A DNA stretch of 32,000 nucleotides from Rickettsiales bacterium. Lineage in GTDB: Bacteria; Pseudomonadota; Alphaproteobacteria; Rs-D84. This document shows, piece after piece, positions 17,219 through 23,688 of the stretch; the stretch's first letter is position 1; every line of letters begins with the position of its first letter. Made by a program: the position numbers and the translations under genes. Where the stretch lies: NCBI GenBank assembly GCA_031279085.1, contig JAITJD010000037.1, positions 1 to 32,000 of the forward strand, given 5' to 3'. A model generated the notes under the pieces. It did not search any database, had not been told where the DNA came from, and saw only the letters and a list, made by a program, of their open reading frames with translations.

Positions 17219-18799
17219 ATGAATATGTTTCAATTGCTGGAAAAGACAACCGGTGCTTATCCGGATAATCTTTTCTTGGTCCGCGAAGAGGTCACATACA
17301 GGCAATTCGTGGATTTGGTAAAAAAACGGGCGGCTACTTTGGATAAGGAAGGCGTCAAAAGCGGCGATGTCATAGGAATTCTTGCGCATAATATTCCTGA
17401 ATTTCCAATATCATTGTTTGCGGTTTGGTATCTGGGTGGCAAATGCCTGCTGCTGGATACCAACCTGACTCCGTTTGAATACGACAATATGGCCATGCTG
17501 ACAGGCTGCAAAATGATTTTGGCGGAAAAGTCGTTCTTTTACAAGACAGACAAATTTGCTTTTCTTGACATAACGGCTAAAGATGGCGAAATCAATCCGG
17601 ATTTAAAGCCAGCCGCTGTCGAATCCCCTGACATCGCGACACTGTCGTTCACTTCGGGTTCTACCGGCACGCCGAAAATAGTGCCTTTGACTCACTTTAA
17701 TTTGGTTGAATGCGCGAATTCTTTGGAGGATATGAACAAATGGATCAAACCCGGCGATATTTTGTACGGCTTCCTGCCGATGTACCATGTGTACGGCTTT
17801 GCGGTCGAATTGCTGGCGACATTACATTATGGCGCGGGCATCCTGCTGCAACCTACGGTGAATCCAAAGGATATCATGGACGACTTTGCGAAATTTCGCC
17901 CTCATGTCATTCCGGCCGTGCCGCGCCTGTGGGAGCTTTTGCGCAATAAAATCATAGACAGCATCAAAGCGCAGAAAAAATGGTGGCTGGCCTCGTTCGT
18001 TCTGAAACACGGCAAGTTTTTGCAAAAGATAGGCTTGGGTTCTCTTGTCAAAAAAGTCCAGACCCCCGTGTTGCAGGCTTTTGGCGGACGCGCGAATCTT
18101 CTTATCGCTGGCGGCGCCGCAACCAAGCCCGAAGTTGAGACTTTCTACGAACGTCTTGGCCTGACTTTCATACAAGGATATGGCCTGACCGAAACAGTGG
18201 GGCCGATATGTATTTCCAAACCGGTCAAAAAACGGTTTCCTTTTTCATTCGGCGGGCCTATAACAAACAATGAATGCGAAATCCGCGACAAAAACGAAGA
18301 TGGCATAGGAACTTTGTGGCTGCGCGGCCACCAGGTGTTTGACGGCTATTTGGACAACCCGGAGGTAAATGCCGAGGTGTTTGACGACCGCGGATTCTTC
18401 AATACCGGAGACTTGGTAACAATGGACAAAAACGGCGAGCTGCACTTTGCCGGCCGCAAGAAGCAGGTCATTGTTCTGGATTCGGGCAAGAATGTTTACC
18501 CGGAAGAACTGGAAGCTTTGTTCATGACAATTCCAGGCGTCAAGAATGTAGCGGTGTTCGAGCATAATATAAAAAACAAAACGGTTTCTTATGCTGTGTT
18601 CAACGTCGACGACAAAATGACGATGGAGGAACTATCCGCTGCGGTATCCCAGGCGAATAAAAAAGTCGCCAGCTACAAATGGGTCACCCATTTCGCGATG
18701 ACGACCCAAGACCTGCCGCTGACCAGCACCCAAAAGGTGCGGCATCATCTTGTGCGTCAGAATCTGATTGACGGAAAATATCCGCTGCGCAAAGAATGA
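17219..18799 (+). CDS. AMP-dependent synthetase/ligase (long-chain acyl-CoA synthetase-like)
   Basis: AMP-binding motif LSFTSGSTGTPKIV, then YGLTET, TGDL and GRKKQVIV. Confidence 0.8.
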   Translation: MNMFQLLEKTTGAYPDNLFLVREEVTYRQFVDLVKKRAATLDKEGVKSGDVIGILAHNIPEFPISLFAVWYLGGKCLLLDTNLTPFEYDNMAMLTGCKMILAEKSFFYKTDKFAFLDITAKDGEINPDLKPAAVESPDIATLSFTSGSTGTPKIVPLTHFNLVECANSLEDMNKWIKPGDILYGFLPMYHVYGFAVELLATLHYGAGILLQPTVNPKDIMDDFAKFRPHVIPAVPRLWELLRNKIIDSIKAQKKWWLASFVLKHGKFLQKIGLGSLVKKVQTPVLQAFGGRANLLIAGGAATKPEVETFYERLGLTFIQGYGLTETVGPICISKPVKKRFPFSFGGPITNNECEIRDKNEDGIGTLWLRGHQVFDGYLDNPEVNAEVFDDRGFFNTGDLVTMDKNGELHFAGRKKQVIVLDSGKNVYPEELEALFMTIPGVKNVAVFEHNIKNKTVSYAVFNVDDKMTMEELSAAVSQANKKVASYKWVTHFAMTTQDLPLTSTQKVRHHLVRQNLIDGKYPLRKE

Positions 18800-18803
18800 A
18801 CTG

Positions 18804-18834
18804 AAAAAACCGGCCGTTCGGCCGGTTTTTTATT
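18804..18834 (+). terminator. intrinsic terminator (symmetric A-run/T-run, potentially bidirectional)
   Basis: AAAAAA-CCGGCC-gttc-GGCCGG-TTTTTT, starting 5 nt after the stop codon. Confidence 0.85.
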
Positions 18835-18974
18835 TCTGGCGCCTCAGGATTTCAAATCTGATTTTTGTAAACGACGCGTCGCCGCCGCGCAATTTGTATT
18901 CATCGGGCCAAGGCCATAGCCGGCTTCATAGGGCATAATTATAAAATTGCCTTTGCTATGATTCCTAATTATTC

Positions 18975-19003
18975 TTTACAAGTTTTTATCTTTCTGATAT
19001 AAT
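18975..19003 (+). promoter_or_regulatory. strong sigma70-type promoter candidate
   Basis: TTTACA (18975-18980), 17-nt spacer, TATAAT (18998-19003). It lies in an AT-rich stretch ~180 nt upstream of ATG 19182. Confidence 0.55.
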
Positions 19004-19009
19004 GACCGC

Positions 19010-19181
19010 GTCGCAGAGTTCTTTCTGTGATGGGGCTTGACAACCTCTCTTTTACGCGTCCTTGGGGACGAAAAACTCCTGTCAACGGCAGGAGTAGTCG
19101 AGGAATATATCAAAACTCGGCTGCTATTTCGTAAAAGATAGTTGTCAAACTCCTGCCACCTTTTCATAAGGAGTGTGATGC
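19010..19181 (+). promoter_or_regulatory. structured 5' leader (candidate riboswitch/thermosensor-type translational control element)
   Basis: An 8-bp long-range helix, TTGACAAC (19037-19044) / GTTGTCAA (19141-19148), encloses four hairpins: 19057-19070, 19075-19095, 19096-19122 and 19124-19141. The 9-mer AAACTCCTG occurs twice (19073-19081 and 19147-19155). ACTCCT (19149-19154) is complementary to the SD AGGAGT (19169-19174). GGCAGGAGT (19087-19095) is complementary to ACTCCTGCC (19149-19157). Confidence 0.5.
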
Positions 19182-19529
19182 ATGAAAAAATTATTTGCGG
19201 CGATTATCGCCGTTTTCCCCATGCTGGCGTTCGGAAACGTCGACCTGATTGCGCGGCGCGCCGAATTGGAAAAGCAGATTGAGTTGGTCGATTCCGAAAT
19301 CGCGCGCTGCAAGAAACAGCAGAAGAATTGGAAAATCGCAACCATAGTCGGCAGCGTCGGAACAGTCGCGACCGGAATCGGCGCGATAGCGCAGCAATCG
19401 GCCATCAATGAAAATAAAAAAGATATTGATTTGCTTAAAAAGCGATCGGACGCGAATATGAAAATTATTTTAGATAATAAGCAAATTCTGAAAGAGGAAA
19501 CTGAAGCACTGGAAGGAGTTACGAAATGA
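19182..19529 (+). CDS. small secreted/membrane protein, paralog A (signal peptide, Cys-containing coiled coil, Gly-rich hydrophobic segment)
   Basis: Signal peptide MKKLFAAIIAVFPMLAFG, then ELEKQIELVDSEIARCKKQQKNWKIATIVGSVGTVATGIGAIAQQ. AAGGAG lies 8 nt upstream of the ATG. Confidence 0.65.
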   Translation: MKKLFAAIIAVFPMLAFGNVDLIARRAELEKQIELVDSEIARCKKQQKNWKIATIVGSVGTVATGIGAIAQQSAINENKKDIDLLKKRSDANMKIILDNKQILKEETEALEGVTK

Positions 19530-20077
19530 AAAAACTTCTGATTTTTATATTCATGCTCTGCGCAGCGGCGAATGCTAATGCGATTGTTGTTAAGAATTCG
19601 TTAGACTCGTTAGATGTTCAGGTACGATCTCTGGAATCCGATTTGGCGCAAAAAATGTCGGAATTGGAATCTTGCGCAAAAAAAACTAAAAACTTTCAAA
19701 TCGCAGGCGGCATAACTCTTGGCTTGACCGCCGCCGGCGCAGCAGTGAATATATCGCAGTACAACAAGCAGAAATCACAAAAAGCGCAGGCTGGCATAAT
19801 ACTCGCAAAGCTTGAAGCCGAAGAGGCTGAAAAGACGAAGACTCTTGCTGATATATATGCAACTGACGCGGAGCAGAGAGTCGTACTTGAAAAAATGCAA
19901 AACGTAGATCGCGATAAAGTAAATGGATTAATAAATAATAATTTTACAAAATCCGAACTTGCAAGAATTGTCGAAATAGGTAATTTATTAGAATCCAATC
20001 CTGATATGCCCTTAGGAGATTCGGATAAAAACTTGCTACTAAAAATTAGCAACTTGGTGTATAAGTCGTCATTGTAA
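19526..20077 (+). CDS. small secreted/membrane protein, paralog B (same architecture plus ~100-aa C-terminal extension)
   Basis: Signal peptide MKKLLIFIFMLCAAANA, then SLESDLAQKMSELESCAKKTKNFQIAGGITLGLTAAGAAVNISQ, which aligns with paralog A. There is an ATGA start/stop overlap with the upstream gene. Confidence 0.65.
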   Translation: MKKLLIFIFMLCAAANANAIVVKNSLDSLDVQVRSLESDLAQKMSELESCAKKTKNFQIAGGITLGLTAAGAAVNISQYNKQKSQKAQAGIILAKLEAEEAEKTKTLADIYATDAEQRVVLEKMQNVDRDKVNGLINNNFTKSELARIVEIGNLLESNPDMPLGDSDKNLLLKISNLVYKSSL

Positions 20078-20085
20078 ATACAGCT

Positions 20086-21384
20086 TTATTTTCCCAGGCA
20101 TAATTGGCCGAACGCGGCGTCCATGACCTCGGACGCGCTGATAACGCCCAGAACGCGGCCGATGCAGTCTGCGGCGGCGCGAACATGTTCGGCAAATATA
20201 TCGTAATTAATTTCCAAATGCCGGGCGTCTAGCGCCGATTTAAGCTCGTCGCGCGCCATAATCAATAATCCGCGCGCGCGCTCATTCACGGATATATCCG
20301 ATTCGGCGCCGTCCAGCGCGTCGTGAATTTTTTTCTTTATTTTATCCAGCAATTCGGGAATGCCCGCGCCGGTATGCGCGGATACCAAAACGCAATGCTT
20401 GGATTTCAAAGCGCGGTCTTTATCCAACAAGTCGCTTTTGTTTATGACGATAATTTCATTTTCTTGCGCAGTATCCGGCCGCGTTTGGCACTCCGCGCTT
20501 TGCACTCTGATAATCAGATCCGCTTCCCGCACGGCCTCATAGGTTTTCTCAATCCCGATTTTTTCAATCGAATCATCGGAATCGCGCAATCCGGCCGTGT
20601 CCGACAAGTTTACTAAATATCCGTCTATGTCCAGCTCTGCGCCGACCAGATCGCGCGTTGTGCCCGGAATATCGGATACTATCGCGCGCGCGCTTCCAAC
20701 CAGCCGGTTGAACAATGAAGATTTGCCCACATTTGTCTCGCCGGCCAGGACGATATTAAAACCGCTGCGGATAGCGCGCGCCGCCGCATAGCCGTTTAGA
20801 GCCGCGATGATTTCTTCATATAATTTCTTTGTTTGCGCCAGTAATTGCGCGCCTATATTCTTTGGCAGCTCGTCGGCGGGATAGTCCAAAATCGCGGCGG
20901 AATAGGCCGCTATTTCCACCATTTGCGCGCGCCATGATTCGTAAGCCGTGCTGTCGCCGCCGGTCATTGATTTCAATGCGGCGGCGCGCTGCCGGTCCGT
21001 GCGCGCGTCCAGCAATGCGGCCAGGCCGTCAACCTCGGCCAGATCTATTTTATTATTGTAAAAAGCGCGTCTGGAAAATTCGCCAGGTTCGGCCATGCGC
21101 ATGCCGCGGCCTCGCAGGAATTCAAAGATTTTACGCACGACGGCCGGCGCGCCGTGGCAGTGGATTTCAATCATATCTTCGCCGGTGAACGAATTCGGCG
21201 CGGAAAAATAAATGACTATGCATTGGTCAATCAAAGCGCCATTTTCGTCGGTAAGGTTTGTCAGGTATGCGCGGCGAGGTTGCGGTTTTCCCGAAAAGGG
21301 GGAAACCTCGCTTCCGCTGATACGTATCACCGCGATGCCGGCCTTGCCATGTCCCGAAGAAAGCGCGAATATTGTGTCGCTCAT
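20086..21384 (-). CDS. mnmE: tRNA modification GTPase MnmE (TrmE)
   Basis: DTIFALSSGHGKAGIAVIRISG, G-domain GETNVGKSSLFN/DTAGLR/NKSD, and the C-terminal CLGK motif. Confidence 0.9.
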   Translation of the reverse strand: MSDTIFALSSGHGKAGIAVIRISGSEVSPFSGKPQPRRAYLTNLTDENGALIDQCIVIYFSAPNSFTGEDMIEIHCHGAPAVVRKIFEFLRGRGMRMAEPGEFSRRAFYNNKIDLAEVDGLAALLDARTDRQRAAALKSMTGGDSTAYESWRAQMVEIAAYSAAILDYPADELPKNIGAQLLAQTKKLYEEIIAALNGYAAARAIRSGFNIVLAGETNVGKSSLFNRLVGSARAIVSDIPGTTRDLVGAELDIDGYLVNLSDTAGLRDSDDSIEKIGIEKTYEAVREADLIIRVQSAECQTRPDTAQENEIIVINKSDLLDKDRALKSKHCVLVSAHTGAGIPELLDKIKKKIHDALDGAESDISVNERARGLLIMARDELKSALDARHLEINYDIFAEHVRAAADCIGRVLGVISASEVMDAAFGQLCLGK

Positions 21385-21950
21385 TTTTGTGAAATTTCCT
21401 TCAACGCCATCGGCACAAGCTTTTCAATGCCCATCTCTGGATTAGCTTCCACCAGTTTCTGCGCCATTTCGACTATATCAATGCGCCGGTATCCCAATGT
21501 TTCCAATGCGGACAGTAAATCGGCGAGATTAGAGGCCGGGGATTTGAGATCAGAATTCCAATTTCCTGTTTTGCCTTTTAATTCCACAATGATTTTTTCC
21601 GCGACTTTTTTTCCCACCCCAGGCGCGGCGGATATTGTCTTGGAATCGCCCGCCGCGATTGCTGCCATCAAAACATCGGTCTTTAATGTCGACAGTATCG
21701 CCATCGCGACCTTGGGCCCGACGCCCGACACGGTCGTCAGCCGGTTGAACAAATTATGCTGGGCCAGCGTGGCAAAGCCGAACAGTTTTATTGAATCTTC
21801 GCGCACCACGGTTTCAATCCATAACGCGAGCTGCGAGCCGTGAGCCATAAGCCGTTCTGGCGTAAAGACCTTGTATCCAACATCATTTACCATAAGAATC
21901 ACGAATCCGTCGCCGATATAATCAACAATTCCTTGCAATTTTCCAATCAT
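21381..21950 (-). CDS. ruvA: Holliday junction branch-migration complex subunit RuvA
   Basis: MIGKLQGIVDYIGDGFVILMVNDVGYKV.. and the HhH motifs VSGVGPKVAMAIL / APGVGKKVAEKII. There is an ATGA overlap with mnmE. Confidence 0.9.
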   Translation of the reverse strand: MIGKLQGIVDYIGDGFVILMVNDVGYKVFTPERLMAHGSQLALWIETVVREDSIKLFGFATLAQHNLFNRLTTVSGVGPKVAMAILSTLKTDVLMAAIAAGDSKTISAAPGVGKKVAEKIIVELKGKTGNWNSDLKSPASNLADLLSALETLGYRRIDIVEMAQKLVEANPEMGIEKLVPMALKEISQK

Positions 21951-21977
21951 GGCCTGCTCCTGCTGTTAGTCATTAGT

Positions 21978-21998
21978 ATATGATAAATAATCATATAA
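21978..21998. promoter_or_regulatory. 8-bp inverted repeat in the ruvA / yebC divergent control region
   Basis: TATATGAT-aaata-ATCATATA read directly at 21978-21998. It overlaps a TATAAT hexamer (21995-22000). Confidence 0.35.
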
Positions 21999-22008
21999 TC
22001 AAATAAAT

Positions 22009-22036
22009 TGATTTTAATCTTTTTCAATGTATACTG
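22009..22036 (+). promoter_or_regulatory. sigma70-type promoter candidate for yebC
   Basis: TTGATT (22009-22014), 16-nt spacer, TATACT (22031-22036), 41 nt upstream of ATG 22077. Confidence 0.45.
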
Positions 22037-22076
22037 GCTGCTGTGCTAATCACTATCAAAGCAAAACGGAGCTTTC

Positions 22077-22793
22077 ATGTCAGGACACAGCAAATGGCAT
22101 AACATCATGCATAAAAAGGGCGCGGCGGATGCGGCGCGTTCGGGTCTTTTTACCAAACTGGCGCGCGAAATCACGATGGCGGCCAAACTGGGCGACCCGA
22201 ATCCCGACAATAATCCGCGCCTGCGCCTGGCGATTTTCAACGCGCGCAAGAATTCAATGCCGAACGACAATATCAAGCGCGCCATAGACAAGGCGGCGGA
22301 TAAAAATACAGATAATTATATGGCCGTCAGATACGAGGGATACGGCCCCGGTTCGGTGCCGGTCATTGTGGAAGCGCTTACCGACAATCCGCGCCGCACT
22401 GTTCCCGAAGTTCGCAGCATATTTGCGAAAAGCGGCGGAAACATGGGCGAAGAGGGCAGCGTTTCTTTCCTGTTCACGCGCGCCGGCCAGATTTATTATG
22501 CGCCGAATGCGGCTAAATCCGCCGACGATATGGTGGAGGCTGTTATGGAAGCCGGCGGCGACGATGTTGAATCATCGTCGGACGGCTATATCATCACGAC
22601 CAAGCCGGATGATTTTATGGCGGTGCAAAAGGCGCTGGCGGACAAATTGGGCGAGCCTGAAAAGGCCGAACTGACATGGAAGCCGAACATGCCGATTGAT
22701 TTAGATGATGATACCTATGCCAGATTGGAAAAGCTGGTTGAGGCATTGGAAGACAACGACGATGTTCAGAAAGTCATAACGGCAGCCGCTTAG
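22077..22793 (+). CDS. yebC: YebC/PmpR (TACO1) family transcriptional/translational regulator
   Basis: MSGHSKWHNIMHKKGAADAARSGLFTKLAREI..RLRLAIFNARKNSMPNDNIKRAI is the unmistakable YebC N-terminus. Confidence 0.9.
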   Translation: MSGHSKWHNIMHKKGAADAARSGLFTKLAREITMAAKLGDPNPDNNPRLRLAIFNARKNSMPNDNIKRAIDKAADKNTDNYMAVRYEGYGPGSVPVIVEALTDNPRRTVPEVRSIFAKSGGNMGEEGSVSFLFTRAGQIYYAPNAAKSADDMVEAVMEAGGDDVESSSDGYIITTKPDDFMAVQKALADKLGEPEKAELTWKPNMPIDLDDDTYARLEKLVEALEDNDDVQKVITAAA

Positions 22794-22796
22794 AAA

Positions 22797-23369
22797 TTAT
22801 TGACCTGTATAATAGCAAGTTTGCATAAATTGCCAGTTTCCTGAATAATCGCTGCCATTGGGCGGCGAGGCATAGCATTTGCTTTTTGTGGTATTATCTC
22901 CTGCGACGCTGGTTCCGCCTGTCGGGCAAATCTCGCAGCCGGAAGTTCCATTAGTGCTGGTGCCGTAATACCCCGCTGCACAACGATAGGCGGTTGAAGA
23001 GTTGCAAGTATTGCAGCTGCATGATTTGGTTGTCTTTTTCTGGTATCCTGTCCCGTATGCGCTCCAATCAGCATCGCTGGTGCAATTCGTGCAGCCGGTG
23101 CAGGATATAATGCATTCATTTAATATGCATGTATAACCGCTGCCGCAATGCGAATCGGTTGCACATTCGATGGTATAGTAAATTTTCGAACCGCATGTGC
23201 AGGTGTCGTAGGCAGAGGATATAAATGTGCAAGCATCATTATCAAAAAACAGACCGGTGCAGGTCTCGCTTGGTTGGCAGGCTGGTGTCGAGCATTTTGC
23301 AAATGCGCTGATGCAGCAAAAAATCACTGCAAAGCAAACAAAAATTGTCCGCATAATAAATTTTTTCAT
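22797..23369 (-). CDS. secreted cysteine-rich protein (190 aa; 21 Cys after the signal peptide; Thr/Ser/Gly/Tyr-rich)
   Basis: Signal peptide MKKFIMRTIFVCFAVIFCCISAFA|K. Dense CxC/CxxC spacing (TCTCG, SCTGCTNCT, SCSCNTCN). The C-terminal segment CAAGYYGTSTNGTSGCEICPTGGTSVAGDNTTKSKC resembles ephrin-receptor-like/VSP-type Cys repeats. SD AAGGGGG (23382-23376) lies 6 nt before the ATG. Confidence 0.7.
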   Translation of the reverse strand: MKKFIMRTIFVCFAVIFCCISAFAKCSTPACQPSETCTGLFFDNDACTFISSAYDTCTCGSKIYYTIECATDSHCGSGYTCILNECIISCTGCTNCTSDADWSAYGTGYQKKTTKSCSCNTCNSSTAYRCAAGYYGTSTNGTSGCEICPTGGTSVAGDNTTKSKCYASPPNGSDYSGNWQFMQTCYYTGQ

Positions 23370-23581
23370 TCAAAGCCCCCTTGTTTTCAGAACGAAAAAA
23401 CCACCGGTTTAATGGTGGTTGGAGGCTAGAAACTATCGGTTAAATAGTGCGACGTATTCGGCAAAGCCTTATTCCGCCAGCCCTCCAACCAAAAAGATTG
23501 GAGAAGCATCGCGCAATCACGTCGCGCGCACACACGTAACCGAAGAGGCTTCTAGACCCCGCCGCGGGAACACCCCGCGAC
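23370..23581 (-). promoter_or_regulatory. structured GC-rich 5' leader of the Cys-rich protein gene with terminator/antiterminator alternative (candidate riboswitch or attenuator; alternatively a ~190-nt sRNA)
   Basis: All elements are read on the minus strand. Hairpin at 23581-23561 (8 bp) and hairpin at 23528-23510. CTCCAA (23503-23498) can pair with GGTTGGAGG (23490-23482). That 9-mer is perfectly complementary to CCTCCAACC (23425-23417). CCTCCAACC overlaps the terminator 5' arm AACCACC (23420-23414) by 4 nt. Confidence 0.55.
23395..23420 (-). terminator. intrinsic terminator located inside the leader, ~12 nt upstream of the SD of the Cys-rich gene
   Basis: Minus strand: AACCACC-attaaacc-GGTGGTT followed by TTTT, which makes a 6-U run when the two stem T's are counted. 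Confidence 0.75.
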
Positions 23582-23587
23582 ACTGTC

Positions 23588-23596
23588 AATATAGCA
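23588..23596 (-). promoter_or_regulatory. extended -10 promoter element TGCTATATT (minus strand)
   Basis: The reverse complement of aatatagca at 23588-23596. A tandem 9-mer, TATAGAAAG/TATAGAAAA (23606-23623, plus-strand reading), occupies the -35 region. Confidence 0.4.
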
Positions 23597-23688
23597 TAAA
23601 AAGTTTATAGAAAGTATAGAAAATAATTTATTCGCTTTTTGAACATAATCCGAATATGAAACAAATGATGAGACCGGTCCCTGATTTT

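Noticed and set aside
19030-19160. Resemblance of the 19-kb leader to the yybP-ykoY (Mn2+) riboswitch (GGAGTAG and TTGACA elements) and of GGGGCTTGAC (19032-19041) to a tmRNA 5' end
   Set aside because: The order of the elements is reversed relative to the yybP-ykoY consensus, and the conserved AGCAAGACC-type 3' element is absent. No GATTCGAC, tag reading frame, T-arm or encoded CCA end exists for a tmRNA.
18976-19167. 63-aa ORF on the minus strand
   Set aside because: It lies antisense to the promoter and structured leader of the 19182 gene. It has no SD, and its sequence is dictated by the hairpin repeats.
23413-23490. A 78-nt tRNA-sized element on the minus strand with GGTTGGA...TCCAACC-A-CCA ends (tRNA-like or tmRNA acceptor piece?)
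   Set aside because: The 7-bp acceptor-like pairing followed by ACCA is striking. However, there is no T arm (no GTTCRANYC, and the 17 nt preceding the 3' strand cannot form a 5-bp stem), no D arm and no anticodon stem. The ACCACC also forms the terminator stem. It is better explained as the antiterminator helix of the leader.
23426-23509. A 27-codon leader ORF (MLLQSFWLEGWRNKALPNTSHYLTDSF*) spanning segments 1-2 of the attenuator and stopping just before segment 3
   Set aside because: The geometry recalls trp-type ribosome-mediated attenuation and the ORF holds two Trp codons. However, no Shine-Dalgarno precedes the ATG, and there is no run of regulatory codons and no Cys codons. I keep it only as a low-probability alternative to the riboswitch model.
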